A stretch of DNA of 64,000 bases from Prorocentrum cordatum (Eukaryota). Where the stretch lies: NCBI GenBank assembly GCA_963575745.1, contig CAUYUJ010000001.1, positions 248,001-312,000 on the forward strand. The letters are read 5' to 3'. Shown here in pieces: positions 32,092 through 49,031 of this stretch; the first letter of the stretch is position 1; each line of letters starts with the position of its first letter. The position numbers and the translations under genes were made by a program. The notes below the pieces were generated by a model. That model ran no database searches and was not told the origin of the DNA. It was given only the letters and a program-made list of their open reading frames with translations.

Positions 32092-35000
32092 TGTGTGTGT
32101 TGTCCGTTCGCCCTGAGGGGCTCTCACATTCCTTCTCCCCCCCCCGTCTTCTCGCATTTTCTTAGTCTTGTGAACAGCGCCCCGCAGACGGCTCGAGAGG
32201 CTCACAATGTACCACCCCAAGACCGTGCCCGAGGCCCTCGTGAGAGGCCCCAAAGCCTCCCGAGACGGCCCCGCCAAGAACGCGCCGCGAACGAACTCCA
32301 GGAACATGGCTCGAAATCCGCCCTCTTCCCGAAAGACGACCCCAAGACCACCAAACAGGCCCCCGAAACGCTCCCTCCCCCTGGACCGCCAATCGGGGAG
32401 ACGTAAGACTCGGGTACGGGGGACTCGGGTTGGCATGACGGGGCCATCATAAAAATGACGACGCAGAATCTGAAATTTAACGCGAACTCCCGCTGCAAAC
32501 ATCCCACGAAAACTGGACTGTCAAACTCCAGGACGCGCTCGTGAAAAAACGCTGGCTAACCCAAGTTCCGGCTTACTCGAGTCTTACGTTTCCCAGAGCC
32601 CAGTGGCCCAAAAAGGTTGCCAATCGGCCTCCATCCTGGGAAGCCGCAAAAATTACCCAATCATGCTCCCGCTGCGCCCTGCACCGGCAAGCCTGGCTCA
32701 GTCGCGGGATTGGCCGAATGTCAACTGACACTCGACGCGAGAATTGATGCATCATGTTGTAGGCACGCTACCCTCAACTATTCATACTGCTCCTCCGCAT
32801 CGAATAAGTGGGGCGGAGGGGCCGGGACGTGCCATGGGTGCTTTCCAAAGCTGGTGCAGAACAGGCCGCCGCAGGCGCCGATTTTTTTTGTGCCTTTGAA
32901 ATCAGTGTGGGTGGCCGCGGACGCCGAAGTGGTTGGAGCAAAGCCGCGGGCAAATCGCGGCGCGAGTGGGCGGGCAAATCGCGACGCGGGTGGGTCGCGA
33001 GCAAGTCGCGGGTGTGGGTCGCCGGTGCGTCGCGGATGGACGCAAGTGCGTCGCGGGTCACGGGGTGCGTCGGGCGCGACGACGGCAGCATAGACAACGA
33101 GAACTACGTATCAACGAATCCTGGCCCCGTCACAAAGCCCGAACAAGAGGCGACACACCCTGGTATTGAAACCCGCTTCCCGGCTGCGCGCTAGGCGCGC
33201 CGACACATTTTCTGGTCCTGTCATGAATCCACACAGGTGGCGGTTCTCCCTAGCGTGCCAACCCTTCAACAAGCTCCGTCTGGCAACTCACCGTCGCCGA
33301 ATGCCTCCCCAACGGCGCCCCCAAAATGCCAACACTGCTGCCACACCCACGTTCCCGGTACAAACCTCAACCGGACACAAACACAAACACACAAACACAC
33401 AAACACACAAACGCACAAACACACAAACACACACACGGACATACACACACACGCACACCGTACACACACACCCACACACACGCACACGCACACGCACACA
33501 CACACACACACACACGCACCTGATATTGCTTCACACCCGCCGCACGGCTACTACAACAAATGTGGCACACCTCCTACAACAGTATATCACATCTAGTACA
33601 CACATACAGCACACAACGCTACGAATGTGTTGCACGCCTCCTACATGATGGTTACTGACTGCAGAGACACCTGCCGCAACAATCCTGCATACAGAACGCG
33701 CACCTACTACGCAAAATATATAACCATACCTCACGCTGGCTACAATCGTGCTGCGACAGCCTTACCGCAGAACTACTACAGACCTTCTCGGGGCCTCTTG
33801 CAAGTCTACAGCGTACCTACTACGAGCTTGCTACATACACGAATCGTACTTGCGACATTAGACTTCCAGACTTACAACAACTCTACGGCAAATTCGGTCG
33901 TGACGACCCCGGCATCTCTCCCTGACACCGCGTCGATCGTTCCTTGAACAACCAGCAGCTGTTCGATCGCCAGGCCACTCCACATCGGCCGATCCTGGGC
34001 CACCAGCGGCGTTCAACCTGGAACCTCGACGGCGGGGTCGCTGCCGCGTCGACACGACACGAGCCTACCGTTCAGACCTCATTGCTTCCTCCTCCTCTTG
34101 CATCCTCTTCCCCCGCCTCCTCCCCGTCAGACATCATCATCGTCGTCGTCCTTCCCCTTCTCCTTTCTTGTGTTCCCCATCTACCTCCTTTCTCCGCAAA
34201 TACTCAGCATGAGCACTTCCCTTGCATTCCCGCCGATGCTGTATTTATCTGCCGCTGGCTATCCCGCATATGGTTTCTCACGCGAATGTTTGCAAACATG
34301 TAACTTTCGACTTTATATTTGCGCTCGTAACGCTCTCGGCACATCACAACGGTCTGGCTGTGACGCTGGCCTCGTGCACGGATGTCCATCTAGAGCCTCC
34401 GTCCAACAGAACGTTGCTGTCGCCGCATCGCTGGCCGTATCATTGCATCAGCAATGGCCGCGCTTCCTGTGAAGCGCCTGCCACGTTTCGTCGTTTTCGG
34501 CGAGTTTCAGACCAGTGGAACGATGCTCTCGTCGAAGCGATTGCCGTACCCGAGGAGGAGGAGGATGAGGATGAGGAGGAGGAGGAGGAGGAGGAGGAGG
34601 AGGAAGAGGGGGAGGGGGAGGAGGAGGAGGAAGAGGGGGAGGGGGAGGAGGACAAGCTAGGCGCGCTCGCGTCATATCGGACATCCTACCCCTCCCTCCC
34701 ATCCCTTACCATGGCGCAGATCCCCTCTCTACTCGCACAGTCGGATGTTGAGCAGGGCAATGATCTCGAAAGGGTACGCGATGCATTGTAGAGCACGGCA
34801 TGGCATAGCGTAGAAGAGCACCGCAAAGCGTAGTATCAACCTAGCATTGCATTGCATGACGTGGCATGGCACGGGAAATGACGCCAGCGCTGCAGCGGGA
34901 GCACGATTCGGAACGAGCGGAAGCGCGGAAATGAGGCCAACGCTGCAGCGGGAGCACGATTCGGAACGAGCGGAAGCACGAACATGAGGCCAGCGCTGCA

Positions 35001-35167
35001 GCGGGAGCACGATTCGGAACGAGCGGGGCCCGAAAATGAGGCCAGCGCCTCAGCGAGAGCAGCATGTTGAACAAAAATGCAAGCGAAAACCCAACTCCGG
35101 GGAAACCTGTGTGTAAAAAACAATACGCAGCGGAAGAGGAAGAGTAGTATTCATATTGAGTAATTGT
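30705..35167. repeat. Nested inverted repeats A-B...B'-A'
   Basis: A (30705-30935) is the inverse of A' (34875-35167, which has a 53-bp subunit x3). B (31264-31333) is the inverse of B' (34652-34721). Confidence 0.8.
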
Positions 35168-36779
35168 GCAGGAGCAGGAGCAGGGGGAGGAAGAGGAGGA
35201 GGAGGAGGAGGAGGAGGAGCAGGAGGAGGAGGAGCAGGAGCAGGAGGAGGAGGGAGGCGGAGGAGGGAGGAGGAGGAGGAGGAGGAGGAGGAGGAGGAGG
35301 AGGAGGAGGAGGAGGAGGAGGAGGAGGAGGAGGAGGAGGAGGACGAGGACGATGATGGGAACATTCACACATGTAGCTCCCGTAGGCGCGCCGTCCCACG
35401 ATGCGACGCTCTCGCCGCCTCGTTGGCCGCACTGCGGCATCCGCAGAAGCGATGTTCCAAATGTGGCGTTTTACAAGTGGCGCTTTCGGGATCCACGTGC
35501 TCCTTAGCCCTCGGCTCTGCGAGTAGGGAGGAGCAGCAGGAGGAGGAGGATGAGCAGAAGGAGGAAGATGGGAGGAGGAGGAGGACAGAGGGGTACTATG
35601 TAAGATACTGCACGACATGTACCAATCGTGCCCCGTCCCTTCTTCCTCTTCCATCCATCACTTCATCCATTCATCTCTTTGTGCCCCCCTCCTCCTCCAC
35701 CATCATCCATCATGCTCCCTCCTGCTCCCTCCTCCTCCTCCTCCTCCTCCTCCTCCTCCTCCTCCAGGCCCCAGCGGGCGAGAACGACGACAACACAACC
35801 ACATAACAACACGACACAACACAATAGCAATGATCCTCACCGCGGAAACGCACTTCCAACATGCACCCAAAGCTGGTATAAGACCAGTCGGATGACTGAG
35901 TCTGACGACTCCTACGACAGATCATCTGACATATCCTACCACCAAGAAACTATAGCTCCTGCTACGACTCCGACTGGCGATCCTTCAACAACTCGCACTC
36001 CACTTCCTATTACAAATCCTACTACGGATCCGACTACACATCCTACCTCAGATCATTCACAGCTCCTACTGCATATTCCATTGAACATCATGCTGCCCAT
36101 CCTACCACAAATATCACTGAAGATCCGACCAGAGATCCCAGTACAGATCATATTGCACAAATCTTACTACAGATCGCGCTACAGATCTTACCGCAAAATC
36201 TGTTATATTGCAATCCCTACTGCTCCAGATCCTACTGCAGATGGTGCCTGCAAACGGGCCGCCCTACTGCAACACTGCCCCTCGCATGCCAAAGGTTGCG
36301 AGCACCTCACCGGGCCCTGTGGGGCGAACTCGCGCTCACTAGGGCTTGCCCCTCCCTGAGATGTGTCGCCATGACTGTCGAAGAAGAACAACGTCTCATC
36401 CACAAGCAGGGGCTGGCATTACGGTCGCAACGAATACCAACGAATACCAACGATAACAACAACCATCCGCAACGCGAAAGGTCGCTCCAGAAACGCACCA
36501 GAGGGCAACTTAAGGCAAAGCAACACCTTTCACTCCGATGATACATGTTGCAGGGGACTCTGCGATCCTCCAAGAACTCGACCTTCTCAACCTCCTGCCC
36601 CCACGACTTATCACTGCTGCTGCTACCCTTTCCGCTCGGTACTTCAACGCGAAGGTGCGGCGCGGTCCTCTCCCCAGTAGCAGTCTCCCGAGCATACCTT
36701 CGCGAAGTGGTCGACGCAATCTGACGCACCCATCGCCCAAGCGTGCACGGCCTTGCGGGAGAGCACCTGGCAACCCAGA

Positions 36780-37108
36780 GGATGATGATAATGATGATGG
36801 CGATGGCGATTGCGATGATGATGATGCTGATGATGATAATGATGCGGAGTTTGATTATGTTGCTGATGCTGATGCCGATATTGCTGCTGCTGTTGATGAT
36901 GATGATGATGGTGGCGATGATGTTGATGCTTCTGATGGTGCTGATGATGATGCTGGCAAAGATGCTGACGACCATGCTGCTGATGATGATAATGATGGCG
37001 ATGGTGATGCTGAGGATGCTGATGATGCTGCTGGTAATGCTGATGATGCTGCTGGTAATGAAGATGATGCTGATGATGGGGATGATGCTGATGCTTGTGA
37101 CAATGACA

Positions 37109-37141
<33 letters not shown>

Positions 37142-37375
37142 GGGATAAGGATGATGGGGGAATAAGACAACGATGGCGATGACGACGAAGATGGTGATGA
37201 TGGTCATGGTGATGATGATGACAAGAATGCTGGTGATGACGATTACTATGCTGATGATGACAATGATGACGACTATGACGAAGATGCCGATGACGATGAC
37301 GATGGCAATGCCGATGCTGATGATGCTGCTGCTGATGATGACCATGGCGACGACGAGCATGACGATTATTATGAT
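36780..37375. repeat. Degenerate (GAT)n tract, possibly the (CAT)n 3' tail of the adjacent minus-strand LINE
   Basis: Directly visible; abuts the presumed 3' end of the RTE-like element. Confidence 0.85.
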
Positions 37376-40245
37376 CGAAAGAGTGGGGTGTGAAGAAATA
37401 GTGCCCCAACAACAAAATTTAACCGGTGGTGGCGGGGGAACTTGGTATCCGGAACCCAATGTACGGCCAGGGGTACCCTGATCGACCAAACCACCCATGA
37501 TAATGGTGAGTATGAGGATGCTGCTTCTGCTGCTGCTGACGATGCGAAGCGAAGAGAAGTGCAGCGCAGCGCAACGAATCGAAGCGAAGCGCCGGAGGCG
37601 TGCGTGCTCCTACGGGGGGCACGCCCGTGCCCATTAGGGCATGGCGTGGAGGCCGTGGCCTCAAACATGTGAAACATAGGTGGCCTCACGTGATAACCAC
37701 CACTCAGTGTTCCCAGCCGCTGATAACCACCGCAAGTCGTTTGTGCTGTTGTTTTGGTGTTGTCGTGGTTGGGTCGCCGCTCGGATCTGCTCCTGCCTGG
37801 TGTCGGTGTCGCAGTGGTTCCCGTCCAATGTGTGGAGAAACTTCCAGATGTCGTCGTCCCATCGTTTTTGTTGCCCTCCTTGTTGCCGTCGTCCTTGTTG
37901 TCGAATGTTGAGATTTGGGTTTCAATTGAACACTCTCTGTGTCCAGCGTGTGGGAGGGTGAAAAGCCACCGTATTTGCCCAGCGCCAGGCCATCCTTCGG
38001 TGTAGGTGGAGTACATCGGGTATATCATGTTTCAACATCAATGCCTCTGCTCTCCGTGTACTCCTGCGGATGAAGTCGGACCACAATTCGACGTCCTCGT
38101 TTTGCGTATTGCCCCGTTGCGTGCATTCGTCGTCGCTGACGTCGTCCTGCGCATTTGGCTGGTGTGCAGGTGGGTCCCTGCAAACGTCGGATTCGCTGGA
38201 GTCGTTTGGTGCTGTGCTGCTGGTGTCGTTGTGATTGTCTGGGGATCTCTGGATTGTGTTGTGGTGTCGGTGTCGCTGCCGTGCGTATCCTTGGTGTTCT
38301 GATCATGATTCGTACCATCCGTCGTTGTGTTCTGCGTAACTGCTGCTTGAGAGGCTCTGTACACGTACGTACGTCATAGTAGGGATGACGGTGCCCCTGT
38401 ATAGTCATAGTCGGTGTCGCAGTGGATAGTGCTTGCTGGTGATGTCTTGTCTGTGGCTGCTGAAACATGCCCATGCTGCTTGAATCCAGTGCTTTATTTC
38501 GATTCCAGGTGCGTCGTGGAAAGTGGTTTGGCTCAGGTTGGTGATGGTGCTTGATCGTGGTAATCTGATGATGTCCACTCCTGCTGCTTAATTTGTTCGG
38601 TCGCAGTGTCGAGGCTGATTGGTCATGGTTATGGTTTTGGTCGGGTGCAATTCCAATCCGTGCTGTTTTGCTGCGATAAGGTCGGAAAGAAGTGCCCTTA
38701 GGTTGGGCAATGTTTAGCTTGTCAGCAAGATGTCATCTGCGAGCCGGAGGTTCGTGTCGCCGCGTCGGTGTGTCCCAATTGGACGCCTCGGTGTTTCCTC
38801 TGCCAAATTGAGATCAGCGGTGCTACGACGTGTTGGAATAACGAATTGAATAGCAATAAGTTCAGTGGACCCCCTTGCTTTGTGCCGCGTTGGAGGTCGA
38901 ACGTTTTACTGGTGGTGTCGGTCTGGACCTCGGCTGTGTTTTGTCTTTGTACATGCGTCGTACAAGGTCTGCGTACCCAGGCGTGACGTCTTGGTGAATC
39001 AGAGCTGCCCACAGGCTGTCGTGTTCGACTGTGTCAAAAGCCTTTTTGAACTCTATGGCTGCAACCCAGAAAGTCTGTTTCCATTCGGCTGCCTTCTCAC
39101 GTAGAGTATTGAAAGTGAAGAGGTGGTCGCGCGTACCTCGTCTTGGGCGAAAGCCCGCCTGGTCGTCGGGTTGCTGTCGTTCTAGGGTTGGTTGTAGCCT
39201 GTTGTACTGTAATCGGCTGAGAAGTTTATACAACATCGGTATTGTGCAGATCGGGCGATAATTCGGTGGAAGCGTCAAATCGCCCGACTTGGGGATCACA
39301 GTGATGACGGTCTTTTTCCAGCTGGCCGGCGTAGGGGCGTCTGCCTGTATGATGGTGTTGTACAACTGTAGTAAGGCACGCTGGAGCTTTGGACCTGGTT
39401 TTTGAAGCATTTCAGCGCGGATTCCACTAGTGTCTGGTGCTTTTCCGCCCTTGAGCTGTGAGATTGCTGCGGTGAGCTCCGTCGGCGTGAAAGGTGGAAT
39501 CCCAGGTGGCTTGTGCGCTGCGGTTGGCGTGGGGTCAAGGCTGCGGGAAGAAGTATACAACTGAGCGTAAGCATCTGCAAATGTGTCTGCTATCCCCTGC
39601 CTCGTTGTCTGCTTGCTGCCGCCGGCCCCCGCCATCTCTGTAATCAGAGTCCTCCTCCGCCGTTTTGATGGAGCGGACGTTTTTGAGGCTCTTGCACTGC
39701 TCCAATATGGTGCTGATTCGCTCCCTCTGGTCGGCGCGTTTCTGTCGTCGAATGCTTTGCCGTATCTTTTTACTGATTGCTCGTCGGGCATTGCTGTTTG
39801 CAGTAGGCGTGTTCTGTCGCTGCTTGATAAGGTCTTCGATGATGTCGTCGTGTTGCTGGTGCTTGGCGTCGTGGTTGGCGCTGGTCGTGGCTGCTCGTGA
39901 GGGCGCCGCCGCGGCGGCAGCTCCGTGAGTTGTGGAGGTGTACAGGCTCTTCTCGATGACGAGGGCGAGCTCCTGCGGGTCTGTCGGAAGCGCCGCCGGT
40001 TGTAACTGGAGCCCCAAGCGTCGTCGGTATTCGTCGAAGTCTGCGCGTGCCCAATGACCGCTGCAAATGTCGGCCCGTGACGTGGGATGTCCTAGATAGC
40101 GTGTAGTTTTTCCGTTCGGTAGAACCGGGAAGCGAATGTCAAGTACGACAGCTTTGCGGTCCGAGTTGAGATCTGCGATGTTCATGGCCTCGGCGTTAGT
40201 GCATACAGGTAGTAGGCTTCTATCTACCAGTCTGTAATCGTATTG
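37375..40245 (-). mobile_element. 5'-truncated, decayed RTE-like LINE (end of APE plus RT)
   Basis: APE end: YDYRLVD...LNSDRKAV. RT: KGGKAPDTSGIRAEML, VIPKSGD..NYRPIC, QAGFR, FKKAFDTVEH, RGTKQGGPL, NLRLADDILL. Downstream: LRRTQRRMVRIMI. Several frameshifts. Confidence 0.88.
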
Positions 40246-40457
40246 TTCTGCCCACCACCATCCCCGCCACCGTCCCAACCACTGGCCCCACCAGTCCCCC
40301 GTTCGGAGTGTGGGAGAAAGGGAATCGTTTGCCGTCGGCGAGGTGGGGGAGGCTTCGAACAAGTAGTTCCCCATATCCTAAGATGGGGTTCTTGTTATTA
40401 CTTGGACGCCTCCTACTCCTCCTCCTTCCTCCTCCTCTTTTCTCCTCCCCTCCTGTC

Positions 40458-40706
40458 GGACATACTCAGACTTGCTCATACACAGACTTACTCATACTCA
40501 GACTTACTCATACTCAGACCTACTCATACTCAGACTTACTCACACTCAGACATACTCATATACATATTTACTCATACACAGACTTACTCACACCCAGACG
40601 TACTCATACACAGACTCACTCATACCCAGAATTACTCATACACAGTATTAGTCATACCCAGACGTACACATACACAGACTTACTCATACACAGACTTACT
40701 CATACT
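40458..40706. repeat. 16-bp minisatellite (cagacttactcata-ca/ct), about 15 copies
   Basis: Directly visible. Confidence 0.9.
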
Positions 40707-41618
40707 CAGCACCCCTAAGGGGAGCCGCCAGGGGTGGTTGCACGGGCTCGTTCGCGGCCATTTTGTGGGGATGTCTCAGGCGGTTTGCCTGTTTCTGTGC
40801 CCAACATCCTTCGCTTTCGGAGCAGATTTGGAGGATGTCTCGAGCGAGGCGCTCATTTCAGCACCCCTAAGGGGAGCCGCCAGGGGTGGTTGCACGGGCT
40901 CGTTCGCGGCCATGTTGTGGGGATGTCTCAGGCGGTTTGCCTGTTTCTGTGCCCAACATCCTTCGCTTTCGGAGCAGATTTGGAGGATGTCTCGAGCGAG
41001 GCGCTCATTTCAGCACCCCTAAGGGGAGCCGCCAGGGGTGGTTGCACGGGCTCGTTCGCGGCCATTTTGTGGGGATGTCTCAGGCGGTTTGCCTGTTTCT
41101 GTGCCCAACATCCTTCGCTTTCGGAGCAGATTTGGAGGATGTCTCGAGCGAGGCGCTCATTTCAGCACCCCTAAGGGGAGCCGCCAGGGGTGGTTGCACG
41201 GGCTCGTTCGCGGCCATTTTGTGGGGATGTCTCAGGCGGTTTGCCTGTTTCTGTGCCCAACATCCTTCGCTTTCGGAGCAGATTTGGAGGATGTCTCGAG
41301 CGAGGCGCTCATTTCAGCACCCCTAAGGGGAGCCGCCAGGGGTGGTTGCACGGGCTCGTTCGCGGCCATTTTGTGGGGATGTCTCAGGCGGTTTGCCTGT
41401 TTCTGTGCCCAACATCCTTCGCTTTCGGAGCAGATTTGGAGGATGTCTCGAGCGAGGCGCTCATTTCAGCACCCCTAAGGGGAGCCGCCAGGGGTGGTTG
41501 CACGGGCTCGTTCGCGGCCATTTTGTGGGGATGTCTCAGGCGGTTTGCCTGTTTCTGTGCCCAACATCCTTCGCTTTCGGAGCAGATTTGGAGGATGTCT
41601 CGAGCGAGGCGCTCATTT
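40707..41618. repeat. 152-bp tandem repeat, 6 near-identical copies
   Basis: Units start at 40707, 40859, 41011, 41163, 41315 and 41467. Only one substitution was noticed (copy 2). Confidence 0.97.
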
Positions 41619-43309
41619 TCACCCCCCAGGTGGGCCAGATTTTGAGGATGTCTCGATCGGTTTGCTTGTTTTGGTGGCCAGGCTCGTGGGCGCAGATTCT
41701 TCTCAGGATGCCACAGGAGGCTCCAACAGGCTCCAGGAGGCCCCAGGAGACCACATGAGGTCCCAGGAGGCATCAGGAGGCCACAGAAAGACTCAAGAGG
41801 CCACAGGATGTCCCAAGAGGCTCCAGGAGGCCCCAGGAAGCTCCAGAAGGCCTCAGGAAACCACAGGAGGCCCCAGGAGGCAACAGGAAGCGCCAGGAGG
41901 CCTCGGAAGGCAACAGGAGGCCCCGAGAGGCCCCAGGAGCAGGAGGCCTCAGAAGGCAACAGGAGTGGCTCCAATCCCATGTGTTTTACGTATGCTCCTA
42001 TCGATTGGGCCTCACCTGGAGCACGATTCTTTGATGTTCTACGTATGTTTCTATAGATGGTCCTTCTCCTGTGTACACAATCCTAAATGTTTTACTCATG
42101 TTCCTATGTATTGGGCCTCTCCTGGGGCACGAGTCCTTGGTGTTTTACGCGTGTTCCTATAGATTGCCCTTCTCCTGTGGCTCTAATCCGCAATGTTTTA
42201 TGTACGTCTGTTGCTATAGATTGCGCCTCTCCTGGGGCACGAAACCTTCCTAGGAGGTCCCAGGAGGTCCCAAGAGGCTCCTGGAGACCCCAGGAAGCCC
42301 CAGTAGGTTTCAGGAGGCCCCAGGAGGCCCCAGGCTCATGCACAGAGACGCGCTCGTACTACTGAGGCTCATTCACACTCCAATTCATTCGCAGTTAGAT
42401 TCATGTCCAGACCGTCACAACTGAAGCCCGTTAATATTCGAAAGCTCTTGCGCCTAGACATTCACGGCGGAGAGGTCCATGCGAGTAGATGCACATATGG
42501 GGAGCTCCACGCAGTGAATAATGACCCCCCCTTTTTTCATGATGGACAAGGGGGGGGGGGAGGGGTTTGAACCGGTATTGGCCCACCCCAAGGTTTTCGA
42601 GGGGGGGGGGACGGGTTGGAAACCCCCAGTGACCCCCCCCGGTTTTCTGCAAGCAGCGGCAGCACACGCTCTGTCAAATCTAAGGAACGGCCCGAAAAAC
42701 TCAGATCCTTCCATGAACCCCAAATGATTGACAAAAAGAAATGGGCCTTACGCGACACGGCATGGCGACCTTACGCGGCGGCATACGCGGGCCGCCGGCG
42801 CGGCACGCTGCATTGGAAACGAGGGCGCTCATACGCGCGCCAATGTCGGCGAAGACAACCCCGTTTCTCTATGTCGCTTAAGTGGTCCTCACTTGAGCCC
42901 CTTGAACGTATCCTGGATGCTCGATCTTCATTTTCCCTGGACTGCTCGATCTTCCTCCTTTCGATGCTCAACCTCGCTTCCATCTCGGTCTCCTTCTCCC
43001 TTCGATGCCCGCTCTTCCTAAGGAGCCGAAGTCTCCACACACCGACGTATTTTCCGGCCCAGCACTAAAATTCGCAGAAGAACACGGATCCTGGTGAAAC
43101 CATATGCCCCTCAGATTCACAGGGTGGGGATGATAATATTCGGGGCCCAGGGAGGATTGTCAACTTCTTCCTGGCAGGTCGCATCATACAAAGACGCTGA
43201 AACAGATGATGAATATTAGACGAATGATGCTGACACATGTGATGATGATGCCGGTACTGATGTTGATGATGATGATGACGAGGAAGAGGAGATGGGGTGG
43301 GAGGAGCAG

Positions 43310-47800
<4,491 letters not shown>

Positions 47801-48805
47801 TAGTGTAGCAGGAGTTGTTGCAATAGTGGATGATAGCGATGGTGCTAATGATTAAGATGGTGATGATGCGGCAAGAAGGTGCAACTTACGGTTCGTACTT
47901 TTCCCAATGATAATTTGATTCGGCCCCGCCTTTCCCCACCGCCGACTGAAACTGTACTGGCCGGAGATAATCAACACTTAAGCCTTAAGGGGGGATGTTT
48001 TATTATACGGGGCATGCGGTTATACGCGATCCTGGTGTATACATGATTTGCTGTTTCCCCGACAACACGGGGAAACAAGTGCACACCACACCACTCCGAC
48101 GTCGTCCCCGACCCTCCAGAAATCCTGGGACTGGAACGCAGCCCGCCACGGTATCCTCCTCCTCCGGTCTCCTCCTGCTCCCTCCTGTCGGGGGCGCGAA
48201 AGTGCTCCCAAATAGTTACAAATAGTAGCAACAAATCGTCCCCATACTATCTTTGGACCATTTCTGAAGCCTCCTCCTGTAAAGGGGCACGCCCCACTTA
48301 ACGCCAATCCACGCCCCCTTGATCTCCGTTTGCGGCCGCCTGCCGCGGCCCCGCGGCCCCCCCGCGCCGCGCCCCCCGCGGCGGGGCGGCCCGCCGCCTC
48401 CATCGGGCCGTGCAGCCCGTACTTGCAGTTGTTGAGGTACAGGCCAGACCCGCTGGGCTGCGGCGCGGGCCCGGGGGCGCGGGGGCGGCCCTCCACCACG
48501 GCACCGTTTTTCGAGCCGGATTCGACGACAAAAATCCATTTGGGGGCAACTCAGTTCTGTCATTGACGCCCCTGACGGCAGGCGGGCTCTTCCCCGATCC
48601 CGGAGCCCCCGAGGACAGCCCCGGCGGGCGCCAGGAGCCGAAGGGGAGTCCCTGAGCTCCTGGCGTTTCAACTCTTTTTCGGGCCAAGCGTGTTTTCGCC
48701 TTTTTGGGGCCCCAGGGCCTTCACATATCGATCCGGCTCGAAAAATGGCGCGGGGGCGAGGAGGCGGAGGAGAAGGTGGGGCGCACAGAGACAGGCTAGC
48801 TCTGC

Positions 48806-49031
48806 ACTCCGAATCCCGTATCAATCGACCCCCCCCCCCCCTGAAAAGCCGGACCCCCCTCCAACTGCGACCTGATATTCCGGACCCCCCTCGTCGACGG
48901 GGCGCCTCAATGAACCGGACCCCCTAAGCTCCAATCCAAAGAAACCGCCCTAATAAACCGGACTCCCCCAGTTACAAAAAAGGCGCCTTAAAAAACCGGA
49001 CCCGGGGGAAGATTAATAAGGGATCTGGAGT
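48806..49031. mobile_element. MITE-like element
   Basis: TIRs actccgaatcccgtatcaat / attaataagggatctggagt; internal ccggacccc repeats. Confidence 0.6.

Noticed and set aside
36307..37498. Asp-, Met-, His- or Ile-rich ORFs
   Set aside because: These are translations of a degenerate (GAT)n tract.
40707..41618. CRISPR-like array, or repeated 146-aa ORFs
   Set aside because: The units are full tandem copies with no unique spacers, and there are no cas genes. The ORFs are by-products of the repeat.
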